Source: Octopus vulgaris (taxonomy: Eukaryota). From it: DNA of 64,000 nucleotides. Below, in pieces: positions 13,029-27,540 of the stretch. Positions within the stretch are counted from its first letter, which is position 1. Each line of letters opens with the position of its first letter. The notes beneath the pieces are model-generated. The model saw nothing but the letters and a program-made list of their open reading frames with translations, ran no database searches and was not told where the DNA came from. The position numbers and the translations under genes were made by a program. The stretch covers positions 3,410,001-3,474,000 of the forward strand of contig OX597820.1 in NCBI GenBank assembly GCA_951406725.2, written 5' to 3'.

Positions 13029-13030
<2 letters not shown>
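12782..13030. mobile_element. Fold-back PLE pseudo-LTR: inverted pair of hammerhead motifs plus a 3' extension
   Basis: Palindrome 12782-12959; motif CTGT-CCGACGA-ACG-GGAA-CGT-GAAACTCAGAGT-A-ACAG at 12816-12853(-), with a copy at 12889-12926(+) ending ACAA; unique extension 12960-13030. Confidence 0.75.
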
Positions 13031-13083
<53 letters not shown>

Positions 13084-13114
13084 TATATATACACATATAT
13101 ATATATATATACAC

Positions 13115-13147
<33 letters not shown>

Positions 13148-13174
13148 CACACACATATATATACACATATATAC

Positions 13175-13275
<101 letters not shown>

Positions 13276-13339
13276 TACATATATATATACACACACATAT
13301 ATACATATATATACTTATATATGTATATATATATCGCAC

Positions 13340-13650
13340 CCTCATCTCATAACAACAATACGGCACAATTATTTCACCTCAATTGGCCCCGCTCTCTTTA
13401 ACATTACACCAAAACACATTAAAACAGAAACTGACCCTATAGGGTTCAAGATGTCTTTGGACAGATTCCTTCAAGAAATCCCGGATAAACCCCCTACATC
13501 CGGATATGTCTCTGTAAACAATAACTCTCTACTTGAGTGGGCCATAGTGCCCACTCAAGTAGACTTGAAAGACTTCATCAGGTGGTGCTATTAAGTTAGA
13601 CATGGCCTGGGCCAATAATGGCCGAAACCTATCAAAGTATCAAAGCATCA
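13340..13650 (+). mobile_element. CR1-group LINE 3' end
   Basis: [19 protein letters not shown]...[16 protein letters not shown]...NNNSL is a typical CR1-group ORF2 C-terminus. Confidence 0.75.
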
Positions 13651-13652
13651 AA

Positions 13653-13948
<296 letters not shown>

Positions 13949-14667
13949 TGTAAATAAATAAATAAATGAATAAATAAATAAATAAATGAATAAATAAATA
14001 AATAATTGAGATTAATTACTCGGAAAAAATAGTTACATGAAAATAATACAACAGTTATTGTTGGTATTTGTGATATAATGAACATTAAGGAAAAGTCGAA
14101 TCAGATTTACGTCTAAAAACTTCTTGGGCCATGGGAGACAACTCTGAGAGGTTTCGCTCTTACTCTCATTTCGCTCATTCTCCGCCGATTTGACAATGGC
14201 TGACTTCGAAGGAGACAAATTTACAAAGTCGCCAGAGAGTCGGATAGAATTGCTCACAGCATTTGTTCTTAGTCGGTGTAATCTGAGTTCAAATCCAGCC
14301 GGGGTTAACTTCTTCGTTCAGTGACGATAAATGAAGAACCAGTCGAGTTCCTTGGGTCAAAAACACTGCTTACAATACCTGAAGGTAGTTCCCTACCACC
14401 ACCACCGTCACACCCACCCACCCACCATCACCAATCCACCCCAGCAACGTTTTTGTTGGGTGCGATTTTTTGGTTTGCTATATAAGCCCGTATAAAGAGC
14501 AACATCAAGAGCTACTCCGGGCAGCACACACTCTGGATACGATACAAACGCTCAGAGAGGCGAAACCGCAAACCACGTCACTGAAAAAACACGCAGGTGA
14601 TTAGGCTGAATGGATGAGTGAAAAGAATAAAACACAACAGTTAAAACAAGTTTCAATAGAAACAGAA

Positions 14668-15260
14668 AGGCGGCGAGGAGCTGGCAGAGACGTTAGCAGG
14701 CCGGGAGAAAGGCTTAGCGGTATTTCGTCTGTCGTTACGTTCTGAGTTCAAATTCCGCCGAGGTCGACCTTTGCCTTTCATCCTTTCGGGGTCGATAAAT
14801 TAAGTACCAGGTCACACTGGGGTCGATGTAATCGACTTAATCCGTCTGTCTGTCTGTCCTTGTTTGTCCCCTCTGTGTTTAACCCCCTGCGGATAATAAC
14901 GAAATAAGAAACGTTAGCACACCGGGCGAAATGCTCAGCGGTATCTCGTCTGTCTTTACGCTCTGAGTTCACATTCCGCCGAGGTCGACTTTGTCTTTTG
15001 GGGGTCGATAAATTAAGTACCAGTTGCTACTGGGGTCGATGTAATCTACTAGCCCCCCACCCCACCCACCCACCAAAAAATAAATAAATTGGGGCCTTGT
15101 GCCCAGAGAAGAAAAGAATATAAACAGAAAGGCAGAAAAGGTAGCACGTCGGACGAAATGCTTTGTGGTATTTCGTCTGCCATTACGTTCTGAGTTCAAA
15201 TTCCGCCGAGGTCGACTTTGCCTTTCATCCTTTCGGGGTCGATTAAATAAGTACCAGTTC
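14668..15260 (+). mobile_element. Cluster of three head-to-tail SINE A copies or partials
   Basis: TCTGAGTTCA(A/C)ATTCCGCCGAGGTCGAC...GGGGTCGAT...AAGTACCAG occurs three times. Confidence 0.85.
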
Positions 15261-16538
15261 CGTTGATTGAATAAGTGCCAGAAAAGCCATCTCGTGGTTG
15301 TTGCTGCCATGTGTACAACAGCTAGGTCTTCTCTCATGCATCGTTAGTCTTACTAATCAGGATTGTGCACAGTTTTGAAATGGCTTTGTGGTTTTGTGGC
15401 TTTGTGGTTTTGTAGGACTTGCCAGCGCTTACTGATCCCTCGTAGCTCCGTGTTTTCTGTCATTCCCTCGCCTCACAACCAGCCCAAATTGCCCTACAAA
15501 AACGACAACGTGACATTGGTTAATGCCATTGGTAATCCCCCATTCGCTGCGTTGACCTTTGTGCCGGGGTACAAGTGTTTGGGCGGGTGGGAATCTGACA
15601 ACTTCAGCTTACCTCATCCCCCCCCCTCTTGGTTCCAGTCTCGGAAAGCAAGCGGACTGTCACCGTTTTACTTGGTTTAATCAACGCAATTCTGTTTGTA
15701 CATCAACATTTGCTTGTTTTGATTCAATTTTGAAGGATACACAAAAGACACCCCCCACCACTGTTTCTGTGGGACGTATGTACGTCAACTAATAACTTCC
15801 TAGATTCTAAGCCAGGATTCGAAACCCAATCTATATTTTCCCTACAAGTCCTTTCCTAATATTTTCGACGTTTGCACTTGGAAATTTATAAGAGTCAACT
15901 AACATGTTTCAATCAGTTCTATTGTTTAAATGATTATTTCAAGACAAACTTGGGTCAAAGCAGACGGAAAATCCTTTGTTTAGCTTCTTGACCTACGTAA
16001 ATTAGAAAAAATATATATAAAAACAGACCTCAAAATTGTTTCAACCTCTGCCGTCGCTTGGTGACAAAGCTGAGGGGCACATCTTTATTTTCCCCCTTCA
16101 CTTATGAGTTGTCTCCGCGCAGCTACACAACTTTCACTCTCTCTATTTGTCAACATAGAGAGATAGACTCTCGTACCATTTCTCACTTTCCCTTTTCTAC
16201 CCGTCTTCTAGCAGTCAACAAATGATGGACTTAACTACCTACGAGATGGACAAGAGAACCATCAATAATCACTGTACAACAATAGCAAGTTGTACCTTAC
16301 ATTGTAACGAGTAAATAAGGGCCAGATCACCACAAGGGATATTTTCTTCCTCTCATTTATTTGTTACACAGAAATCGTTACATCTGCATTTTCATTTATT
16401 GCTTTTTGTGTTTTATCTACACAAAAGATTTTGTTTGTAGAGACGTGTCTATTAAATATTTTTGCATTAGATGTTGGCTGGTGAGGAAGAAAGCATTTTC
16501 AAAATGTCTTTTTTTTTTTTTTTTTTTTTGCTTTATAG

Positions 16539-16660
16539 GTATTTGATAGAAAAAGAGAGGATAAATGAAACCCTTTTCCCCCAAATTATAATCCAATTTT
16601 TACCAAACTCGACAAAATTTAATCGATGGGTCGGAGCACACACACAGACATCTCCCCAAG
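16539..16660 (+). other. Candidate spliced exon (probably 5' UTR)
   Basis: Strong acceptor T(21)GCTTTATAG| and donor CAAG|GTAAAT, 122 bp, non-repetitive context. Confidence 0.4.
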
Positions 16661-16799
16661 GTAAATAACAACAACAGCTGCAGCAATAGCTAGAACAACA
16701 ATCTATAAGGGCCAATGCAATCTTCATACATTTCTTTCAATTTCTTGGCTCACCTAATATCGATTCTTTCTCCCCAAACTCAATTCCTGTATATAATAT

Positions 16800-17660
16800 T
16801 GGTTTCAAATTTTGACAGCAATTTCGGGGGATGGGGCTACTTCAATAACATCGATCCCCAGTGTTCAACTGGTACTTATTGTATCGACCCCTGAAAGGAT
16901 CAGAGGTAAAGTCGACCTTGGCGGAATTTGAACTCAGATCGTCAAGATAAACGAAATGCCGCTAAGTATTTTCCCCGGCGTGCTAACGGTTCTGCCATCT
17001 CGCTGCCCTGTATGCATGTCTATAATATCAATGCTGTCTCGAGCGCTAGGGCTCACCCGACCGGTTACTCGGTTTACATGGCGTAAAAGTGACCGGTTGT
17101 CACGGTACCCTTACCCCACCCCTACTGAGCGGAACACCGCTCCATTGCAAGGTTTAAGACCAATAATTGTGAGGGGAGGGGACAAGCAAGGATTAAATCA
17201 ACACCAGTATTTGATTAGTACCTTTTTTTTTTAGCTGCTCCAAAAAAGATGTAAGGCAAATTTGATCGCGGCGGTGTTTGATTTCAGAACATAAAGAGCC
17301 GGAAGAAATGCGACTAAGCATTTCTTCCGGCGCGGTATTGAACATGTTAAGGTGGTGAGCTGGCAGAAACGTTAGCAGGTCGGGCGAAATGCTTAGCGGT
17401 ATTTCGTCTGCCGTTACGTTCTGTCCTTATTTGTCCCCTCTGTGTGTAGCTCCTTGTGAGAAGTAAAGAAATAGGTATTTCGTCTGCCGTTACGTTCTGA
17501 GTTCAAATTCCGCCGAGGTCGACTTTGCCTTTCATCCTTCCAAGGTCGATGAATTAAGTACCAGTTACGCACTGCGGTCGATATAATCGACTTAATCCGT
17601 CTGTCTGTCCTTGTTTGTCCCCTTCTATGTTTAGCCCCTTGTGGGCAATAAAGGAATAGG
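16800..17660. mobile_element. SINE A cluster (minus-strand copies 16800-17005 and 17200-17340; plus-strand 17350-17660 with an internal duplication)
   Basis: Family A motifs on both strands. Confidence 0.8.
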
Positions 17661-17927
17661 TCTTGATTCTGCCAATTCACCGTCTTATATTCAAGTTACT
17701 AAGGATGTAAGCAACTTTCTCAGCTTTTAATTCTTTCTTTCTCGACTGGAATATTCTTCCCGAGACCCGAAACAGCAAGCAATGGTCTCAGTTTATTAAA
17801 CAGTAAAGGCAGTCGTCGATGCCACCACGTCGAGTTCAGTTAACTACCGTCGCACAGCCCTTCCATCTTCGGACCCACAAGCTTCCTAAGAAAAAAAAGG
17901 AAAAAGAAAAAAGAAAAGAATATATAT

Positions 17928-18545
17928 AGACGCAAGTGTGGCTGTGTGGTAAGAAGCTTGCTTCCCCAACCACATGGTTCCGAGTTCAGTCCCACTGCGT
18001 GACACTTTAGATAAGTTCTTCTCTTATAGCTTTGGGCCGACAAAAGCTTTGTGAGTGGATTTGGTAGACGGAAACTGAAAGAAGCTCGTCGCGTGTATAC
18101 ATATGTGTGTATGTGCATGAGTGTGTATATGTATGTACGAGTGTGTGTCTCTGTGTGCGTTTGTCCTCCACCACCGCTTGACAACCGGTGTTCGTGTGTT
18201 TACTTCCCCGTAACTTAGCGGTTCGGCAAGAAAAGAAAGAAGAATACATACTGGGGATCAATTCTTTCTTCAAGGTAGTGCCCCAGAATGGCCGTAGTCT
18301 AATGACTGAAACATGCAACAAAATAAAAGACAGTTTAAGGCGGCGAGGAGCTGGCAGAAACGTTAGCACGCCGGGCGAAATGCGTAGCCGTATTTCGTCT
18401 GCCGTTACTTTCTGAGTTCAAATTCCGCTGAGGTCGACTTTGCCTTTCATCCTTTCGGGGTTCATAAATTAAGTACCAGTTGCGTACTGGATCGATCTAA
18501 TCGACTGGCTCCTCTCCCCCAAAATTTCGGGCCTAGAGAAGAGAG
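17928..18545 (+). mobile_element. SINE B followed by SINE A
   Basis: Family motifs at 17928-18330 and 18337-18545. Confidence 0.85.
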
Positions 18546-19062
18546 GAATAAAAGACATGAAGGTCTGTCATAAACCCCTGGGATCTTAAACCCGGAACTT
18601 AATCCGATTTCCGTAGCATATACGGTCCATTTAGGCGTCAATAAAATAAGTACGAGTTATGCACTGGGGTCAATGTAGGCGATTTACCCTTTCTCTAAAA
18701 ATCTGAAAGAATTTACAGAGCTGTTAAATACTGGCAAGTTGATAACGCTGTTGCAGACGACACCAGCCTGTTTCTTGGGAATAATTGTGTAAGAAACGAT
18801 TTCGCATTGATCGAAAGTTCTCTTGCAGGCTGCTCAATGCTAGTGAAACATATCCGAACGATTTTAAATACAATATACTTCGTCAATATTTATACAGCGT
18901 GATGTGGTATTTTCTGTACACTAATTGCCGGCAGATTGTTTGTTCTGGTTAGTTTTCTATTAACCGATATATAAAAGTCTGCCTGAAAGAAAATGAGTGA
19001 CTCCGGCTGAACTGAGAGATTGAAGGAAACTAAATCAACTCGCAAATCGATCAATCGGTTGC

Positions 19063-19118
<56 letters not shown>

Positions 19119-19359
19119 CACACACACACATATATACATATATTATATATACATATATACATATATACATATATGTATATATATATAGATATATATGTAT
19201 ATATGTATATATATATGGATATATATACATATATATATACATATATATATAGTGTAATAAATAAAATATATGCATACATACAAACATATATGTGCGTACC
19301 TACATCTTCATGTATATATACATGCATATGTAAATATATATACGTGAGTATAGGACACC

Positions 19360-19800
19360 ACAACTAGACGTAGAACTCAACGAGAAACGAAAAAGGAAAA
19401 TCCAACTTTTTTACAACAAAAAAAAAAACAGAGTACAGGACATACTACACAAGGAAAAATCCCCTATCATCAGCTGTCACTAGTTCGACTCTAGCGTGTT
19501 TCGAAGGCAAGACAGGACACGACTCGCCAAACTAATCCTTCCTGCGAGAGAATAAAAATAAAATTACCTCGCAGAGGGGTAAACACAAGCAAGAAAAAAA
19601 TGTAACACAAACAGGACGTAAAAACGGTACAAATAAAACTACAAAATAAAATACAAGATAAAAATACATGTACAAGAAAATACAATACGAGAAATAAAAA
19701 TAAACAAGAAAACAAACAAGAAAACAAACGAAAAGGTCTTTTTTCTGGCTTAGACGAGGAGATTCTAGCAGCGCATGGGAACACAGATGTGTGTCTTTGC
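19360..19800 (-). mobile_element. PLE-like pseudo-LTR fragment
   Basis: CGAAAC...GACAGCTGATGA motif and T-rich composition shared with 22950-23240(+) and 54890-55000(-). Confidence 0.45.
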
Positions 19801-19859
19801 AGTTTGAAAGCCGCGTGTAAAAGGAAGTAGTTTTGGCTAGCAGTGACAAAGATGAGGAG

Positions 19860-19905
<46 letters not shown>

Positions 19906-20130
19906 GACAAGCGGCTGAGAGAGAGATGAGGAAGAGTGAGAGAAAGAGAGAGAGAGGGGAAGGTATATATATATCTATATATATATATATAAACATATAT
20001 ACATATATATACATATATATCTATATACATAAATATATATGTATATATATATATATGTATATGTATGTATATATATGTATATATATATATATATATATAT
20101 TATATAATAATAATATGAGAGAATAATATT

Positions 20131-20755
20131 CCTTAGCGGTTCGCCACACGTGATCGATAAAATAACTTAGCGGTTCACCAAACGTGATCGATAAATAACT
20201 TAGCGGTTCGCCAAATAGGTCGATAAATTAAATTAGCGGTTCGCCAAACGTAATCGATAAAATAACTTTGCGGTTCGCCAAATGTGATCGATAAGATAAC
20301 TTAGCGGTTCGCCAAACAGATCGATAAAATAACTTAGCGGTTCACCAAACGTAATCGATAAAATAAGCTAGCGGTTCGCCAAACGTATCGATAAAATAGT
20401 CAGCGGTTCGCCAAAAGAGATCGATAAAGTAACTTAGCGGTTCGCCTAATAGATCTATAAAATAAGTTAGAGGTTCGCCAAAGGAGATCGATAAAATAAC
20501 TTAGCGGTTCGCCAAATAGATCGATAAAATAACTTAGCGGTTCGCCTAACGTGATCGATAAAATACCCAAGCGGTTTCGCCAAACGTGATCCATAAAATA
20601 ATCTAGCGGTTCGCCAAACGTGATCAATAAAATAACTTAGCGGTTCATGAAAGGTTATCGCCAAAGAAGATCGATAAAATAACTTTGCGGTTCGCCAAAC
20701 GTGATCTATAAAATAACTTGCGGTTCGCCAAAGGATAGCGATAAAATAACCTTGC
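20131..20755 (+). repeat. ~34-bp minisatellite, ~18 units
   Basis: Consensus CTTAGCGGTTCGCCAAACGTGATCGATAAAATAA. Confidence 0.95.
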
Positions 20756-21429
20756 GCTTGACACACCAAAGCACCCACTGTAGCGCCCCAAATCAATTTC
20801 TCACCTCAAGTTAGCCCCTCCTGTAGATTTTAATCCCCTTCCAGCCCCATTTAGACCCCTTTTTACATAAAAATCCATCTTCGCCTTCTTCATTTTTATA
20901 GATTCGACATATATACCCGGCCTTGCTCCGGATTAAAATAGTTGATTATAGTTTTACTTGTTTCCGTATTATAACCCGATTTCATTCGGCCACATTTTAA
21001 AAGATGAGCAATTTTGCCCGAGAAGCCTTTCAATTGAGCAAACTGAAAGTTGCCATGCAAACTCGCTAGCACTTTTAACATAGGAGTGAATATTTTCAAC
21101 TCAATCCGACAATATATGCACACATTATATATATATATGTATATATGCATACATACATATATATATGTGTGTGTGTGTGTGTATAGTAAAGAGCTTACAG
21201 AGGTGAGACAAGGGCCGTATGGGAGCGGTAGTTTCTTACATTTTCTTTACCCCGCTTCTTATGAAGCAAGATGTTATTCGATTCTTTCCACAGCGAGAGT
21301 ATTTTTAGCCTCCTTCAGAGAGCGATTGAAGAGTAGAAAAGATTAAGGGTACGGGTGGAAGGCTTCTACTTCAATACAAGAAGGGTTCAGAGTAGAGCTG
21401 GACAAGACTATACGAACCAGCTGAATACA

Positions 21430-21612
21430 GGACAAACAAGGACAGACAAACGGATTAAGTCGATTACATCGACCCCAACCGGTACTTATTTAATCGACCC
21501 CGAAAGGATGAAAAGCAAAGTCGACCTCGGCTGAATTTGAACTCAGAATGTAGCGGCAGACGAAATACGGCTAAGCATACGGCTAACGTTTCTGCCAGCT
21601 CCTCGCCGCCTT
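21430..21612 (-). mobile_element. SINE A
   Basis: Family motifs. Confidence 0.85.
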
Positions 21613-21739
21613 CAATAGCACCATTCTGTTCTCTTATACACAAATGAGACGTGGGCGATTACGATTTGCTCCGACGCTAAGAGGCTTGGAAAGACACACG
21701 CTGGAAATGTCACGGAATAATTCAATGCGTATATTCTTT

Positions 21740-21935
21740 TATTCTTTTGCTTGTTTCAATCATTTGACTGCGGCCATGCTGGAGCACCGCCTTCAGTCGA
21801 ACAAAATCGACCGCAGAACTTATTCTTTGTATGACTAGTACTTATTCTATCGATCTCTTATGCCGAACCGCTCAGTTTCGGGGACGTAAACACACCAGCA
21901 CCAGTTGTCAAGCGATGGCAGTGGTACACACACAA
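21740..21935 (-). mobile_element. SINE B 3' part
   Basis: Family motifs. Confidence 0.8.
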
Positions 21936-22046
21936 ACACACATACACACACATATGCATATACAAATATATATATGTACATATATATGTATGTACATATA
22001 TATGTATATATGTATGTACATATATATGTATGTACACACATATATA

Positions 22047-22122
<76 letters not shown>

Positions 22123-22133
22123 TATATATGTAC

Positions 22134-22195
<62 letters not shown>

Positions 22196-22262
22196 AAACA
22201 TATACATACATATATATATATATGTATATATATATACACACACACACATATATATATATAAA

Positions 22263-22450
22263 TGTGACCTCGTGTGTACCGTTGGCGATTTTTTTAACCT
22301 CTATCTTCCCTTCTCCTATGTTTCCGACGAACGTTCTCCGCTCGAAACGTTAAACCCTCCTTCTTTACTTCTTTCCTGAGCGTCCAATAATACTATATTT
22401 GTTCCACGTCCTCGCGTTGTTGTGCTTTTTTTGTGCTTTCTTGTTTGGAT

Positions 22451-22455
<5 letters not shown>
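22263..22455 (+). mobile_element. PLE pseudo-LTR fragment with hammerhead-like motif (22320-22355)
   Basis: GTTTCCGACGAA...GCTCGAAACGTTAAAC; very similar to 38363-38602; both end GGATTAAC-(TA)n. Confidence 0.7.
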
Positions 22456-22538
<83 letters not shown>

Positions 22539-23423
22539 ATTATTATATGATTGAACGCCACGCATCCATTTCCAAGTAAGTTTATCTTAATAATTTTGAT
22601 GCGACTCTCTGTACTGTATTCTCCCCCCACTTCGTTTCCTCTCTTTTCCTTTTTCTAAATCTCTTTATTTCCCATTCTCCTCCTCTCGTTTTTCTCTCTC
22701 ATCCTTTCTCTAATTCTTTTCCTCTCCCCTTCACCGGTCTCTATCTGTCCTTCTCCCTTTCTCACTCTTCCTCCTTTACTCTCTCGTTACTCATACGTGA
22801 CCATCGGCCTTCTTTCTTTCCGTTTGATCTATCACACAGATCAAACGCATTCTTGTTTGTCTCCTCTCCTATCTTTTCTCCTGTGAAAGCTTGTTCCTCC
22901 AGCATTCACCCCCTCAACTCGTTATGGCTTAGCAGCACTTAATGTTTGTTTTCACTGTCCTGTTTTTGTTACCAACTTTGACCCTCCGAAAATCCCAAAT
23001 TTTATTTTGTTTTACGGGAGCAACAGTTCCTCGAAGACACATTTTATCGTAATTGCTCGAAATGTGGAGTAGATAAAACAGCTGACAACTGATAAAGGGT
23101 CGTTCCTTATGAGACTTGCCTTGTTTTCCCTTTGTTTATTTCGTTGTTCGCAGAAAAAGTTCGTATTCCATGTTATCCTATTTTGTATTTCATGTTGTTT
23201 ACGTTTTATGACGTCCTGTACCTATATACATATACATGTATGTACATAAATGTATGCAAATATGCATTGTATTTTCTATTTCTATTTCCATGTCTAGTTA
23301 TATTTGCAAGATATTATGTATAATGTCATTGCTGTTATGTAATGGTGTAATAAAGTATTGATTGGGTATTATCTGATGGTTGATGATTGATTGATTTAAG
23401 TATGTTTCTCCATTTTCTCATTT

Positions 23424-23531
<108 letters not shown>

Positions 23532-23587
23532 CATATATATATAGGAATAAAAAATGGAGTCAACGCAGGTTTAAACAAGTATTTTTT

Positions 23588-23672
23588 CTTTCTACATATG
23601 TTTCAAAAATTCCACTGATACTTATTCAAAAGAATGAAAGGTATAAACAATGCAATCTTCTCTTCGGGAAAG
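23588..23672 (-). ncRNA. Type I hammerhead-like motif with long loop II
   Basis: CTTTC-CCGAAGA-GAAGATT...AATTTTT-GAAACATATGT-A-GAAAG. Confidence 0.55.
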
Positions 23673-23790
23673 TGAAAAAACGAAACTTGTCAATACGACA
23701 TTTTAGCAAAAAATGATGGATTCGTATAGCGATAGACAGAACTATTCATTCATTTATCCGTGTTAATTGTTAACAAGGTAAAATACACTC

Positions 23791-24362
<572 letters not shown>

Positions 24363-24525
24363 ATCACGTGATCATGTGACCGACCAGACCATCAGACGTT
24401 GTTACACATCGCTGGTCACAATGCATTCGCATTGTTTAGCCTTCGAATGACGCCACCCCGCTGGCTAAGCGAGCAGGCCATACACACACACACACACACA
24501 CATACACACACATATATATATATAT

Positions 24526-25407
24526 ATGCAGTTTAATGCAGGTAAGTTCCAGGCCCTGCGCTACTGGCACACAAAGGTAAATGACGTGAAGACTGGATAC
24601 ACTGGCCCAGGAAGAATTGCAATCCCTGAGTCAAAATCAGTACGTGACCTGGGCATTGACATGAGCAATGATGCATCTTTCCAAATGCATATTGCTAATC
24701 TGGTGATAAAATGCAGACGGCTAGCTGGATGGATTCTCCGAACTTTCAGAACAAGAGAGAAGGAGACACTGATGGTCCTATGGAAAACATTCGTCCTCAG
24801 CCGCTTGGACTACTGCTCCCCACTTTGGTCACCACACAATATAAAACAAACAGCAGAACTCGAAGCAACTCAGAGAAGCTACACAAAGAAAATCGTCTCA
24901 ATGCAAAATGTCAGCTACTGGGAAAGACTGAAGGTATTAAACCTCTTCTCCCTGGAGCGGAGGCGGGAGAGATATGCAGTGATATACATCTGGAAAATCC
25001 TGGAGGGTCTTGTCCCAAACTTTGGCATTCAAAGTTACTCCAACCGCAGAACGGGGCGCCGCTGCGTGGTGCCAAGGATTCCAACATCACCATCAAAATA
25101 CAGGTCCATATACTGCAACAGCTTGGGTTTCAGAGGACCACAGCTCTTTAACATCCTCCCTAAATGCCTGAGAGACTTACATGGTGTGGATGTGGGTTTC
25201 TTTAAAACTAAACTGGATCTCTTCTTGTTGGGAGTCCCAGATGAACCTACCTCACGACAGGAGACTCGGATGGGGCAGCAGCATCGAACTCCCTTGTTGA
25301 TCAAGTGCCACGTATCAGAGGTGGATTCACAAACTAGTGTAGCTCATTCAGCGGTGGTGCCCCAGCATGGCCGCGGCCTTCGGGCTAAAACATTTTTAAG
25401 GATTTAA
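24526..25407 (+). mobile_element. 5'-truncated CR1-group LINE, ORF2 C-terminal region
   Basis: MQFNAGKFQAL...VRDLGI...SRLDYCSPLWSPH...YWERLKVLNLFSLERRRERY...GPQLFNILP; lies between TA repeats. Confidence 0.9.
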
Positions 25408-25456
25408 GGATATATATATATATACATATATGTACATATATATATATATATATACA

Positions 25457-25488
<32 letters not shown>

Positions 25489-25606
25489 CATATATATATA
25501 TATATATGTACATATATATATACATATATATATACATATATATATACATATATATATATACATATATATATATACATATATATACATATATATATATGTA
25601 CATATA

Positions 25607-25691
<85 letters not shown>

Positions 25692-25733
25692 TATATTATG
25701 TGATTGAACGCCACGCATCCATTTCCAAGTGTA

Positions 25734-25799
<66 letters not shown>

Positions 25800-26096
25800 C
25801 GGCGGGTTTCTTTCAGTTTCCGTCTACCAAATCTACTCACAAGGCTTCGATCGGCCCGAGGCTAAAGTAAAAGAGACTTACCCAAGGTGCCACGCAGTGG
25901 GACTGAACTCAGAACCATTTGGTTGGGAAGCAAGCTTCTTAGCACACAGCCACGCCCGGAATAATTCGATAACGGCGTGAGCCGAAAGAACCTGATCGCA
26001 GAATCCCGAAAGGCCAAGTAGGGCGCCAGCATTTTCATCGCCTTTTCAATGGTCATTCCAATGCGATTGGCATTTGAGACTGGGAGAGTTTGATGT

Positions 26097-26345
26097 TACT
26101 TGTTCTCATTTGAATTCCTTGCTGAAATGTAGGCACGTCTGGCATCTTGGACAGCAGAAATTTCACAGATCTGGAAAACATCTACTTCCAGTCCATGTAG
26201 ATCCCTAAGGGTTTTCGGTAACTTATTTAACAGCCACAGGCTCTTGAACCCCAGGGTATAGCAGAACTTAGTCCTTATTCTAGACGGGGGTGGTTTGAAC
26301 CTTTGGCACCATCCTCTAAATATAACTCTCGATGCCAAAGTTTGG
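26097..26345 (-). mobile_element. Degraded CR1-group LINE 3' fragment
   Basis: TKFCYTLGFKSLWLLNKLPKTLRDLHG aligns to the 24526 element. Confidence 0.7.
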
Positions 26346-26810
26346 TGCTCTGTAAAGCTAACTTCTTAATCATACCCGTACCCGTACCCGTTTGTATGTT
26401 AAGCGTAAAACTGGAAATATTTAATTTTAACATTTGATACTAAACACTTTGAAAGCAATATGTTTTAATAAACGAACAATTATAAAATAAATTAAGTTAA
26501 TTATTTCTAGAATGTATCCCATTACAGACGGTGTTGCTTCTCCTTATATTTAATGAATGGTTCTCGGGTAGACGCGATGTGTCGTCCATATTGGTTAAAA
26601 ATAGAATAAAAAGGGAGAAGGAAACAATAAAAGAAGAAAAGTAATTAAGGAGTAAAAATAAAATACAAAAATAACTAAAAGAAGTGTCGGGTAGTGGGGG
26701 GGGGGGGGGCAGAGGCAGAACGAAAATAAAACTGTAAGAAGATATTTACGATTCGCTGTAAACAGCCACGAATTGCTGATGTAAATGTATATACTTTTCC
26801 AACACGTACG

Positions 26811-26855
<45 letters not shown>

Positions 26856-27114
26856 AACACATTCACACAAATACACACACATACAAACACACACACACAC
26901 ACACACACATTCACACAAGTACACACACACACACACACACATACAAACACACACATACAAACACACACACATACAAACACACACACACAAACACATTCAC
27001 ACACACATTCACACACACACACACACGTATGCACACCAATTCGCGTCTTCAAATATTTCTCTCTGTTCCTATTTATCATCATCATCATCGTCATCGTCGT
27101 CATCCTCATAATGG

Positions 27115-27540
27115 CTCCGAGCTGGCAGAATCGTTAAGACGCCGGGCGATACTGCTTAGCGGCATTTCGTCAAATTCCGCCGAGGTCGACTTTGTCTTTC
27201 ATCCTTTCGGGGTCGATAAATCAAGTACCAGTGAGTCGATGTAATCGACTAGCCTCCTCCCCCAAATTCCGGGCCTTGTGCCAATTGTAGAAAGGATTAT
27301 TATTATTATTATTATTACTACTACTATGGCGGCGAGCTGGCAGAAACGTTAGCACGCCGGGCGAAATGCTTAGAAGTATTTCGTCTGCCGCTACGTTCTG
27401 AGTTCAAATTCCGCCGAGGTCGACTTTGCCTTTCATCCTTTCGGGGTCGATAAATTAATTACCAGTTGTGTACTGGGGTCGGTCTAATCAACTGGTCCCC
27501 TACCCCAAAATTCTTAACCTTGTACCAAGAGTAGAAAATA
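27115..27540 (+). mobile_element. Two SINE A copies with (TTA)n tails
   Basis: Family motifs. Confidence 0.85.

Noticed and set aside
20131-20755. CRISPR-like array
   Set aside because: Units are contiguous with no unique spacers, there are no cas genes, the context is eukaryotic, and the unit resembles a SINE segment.
21183-21420. Possible LINE RT remnant on the minus strand
   Set aside because: Only vague similarity (RPLSHLCKL); too degraded to call by eye.
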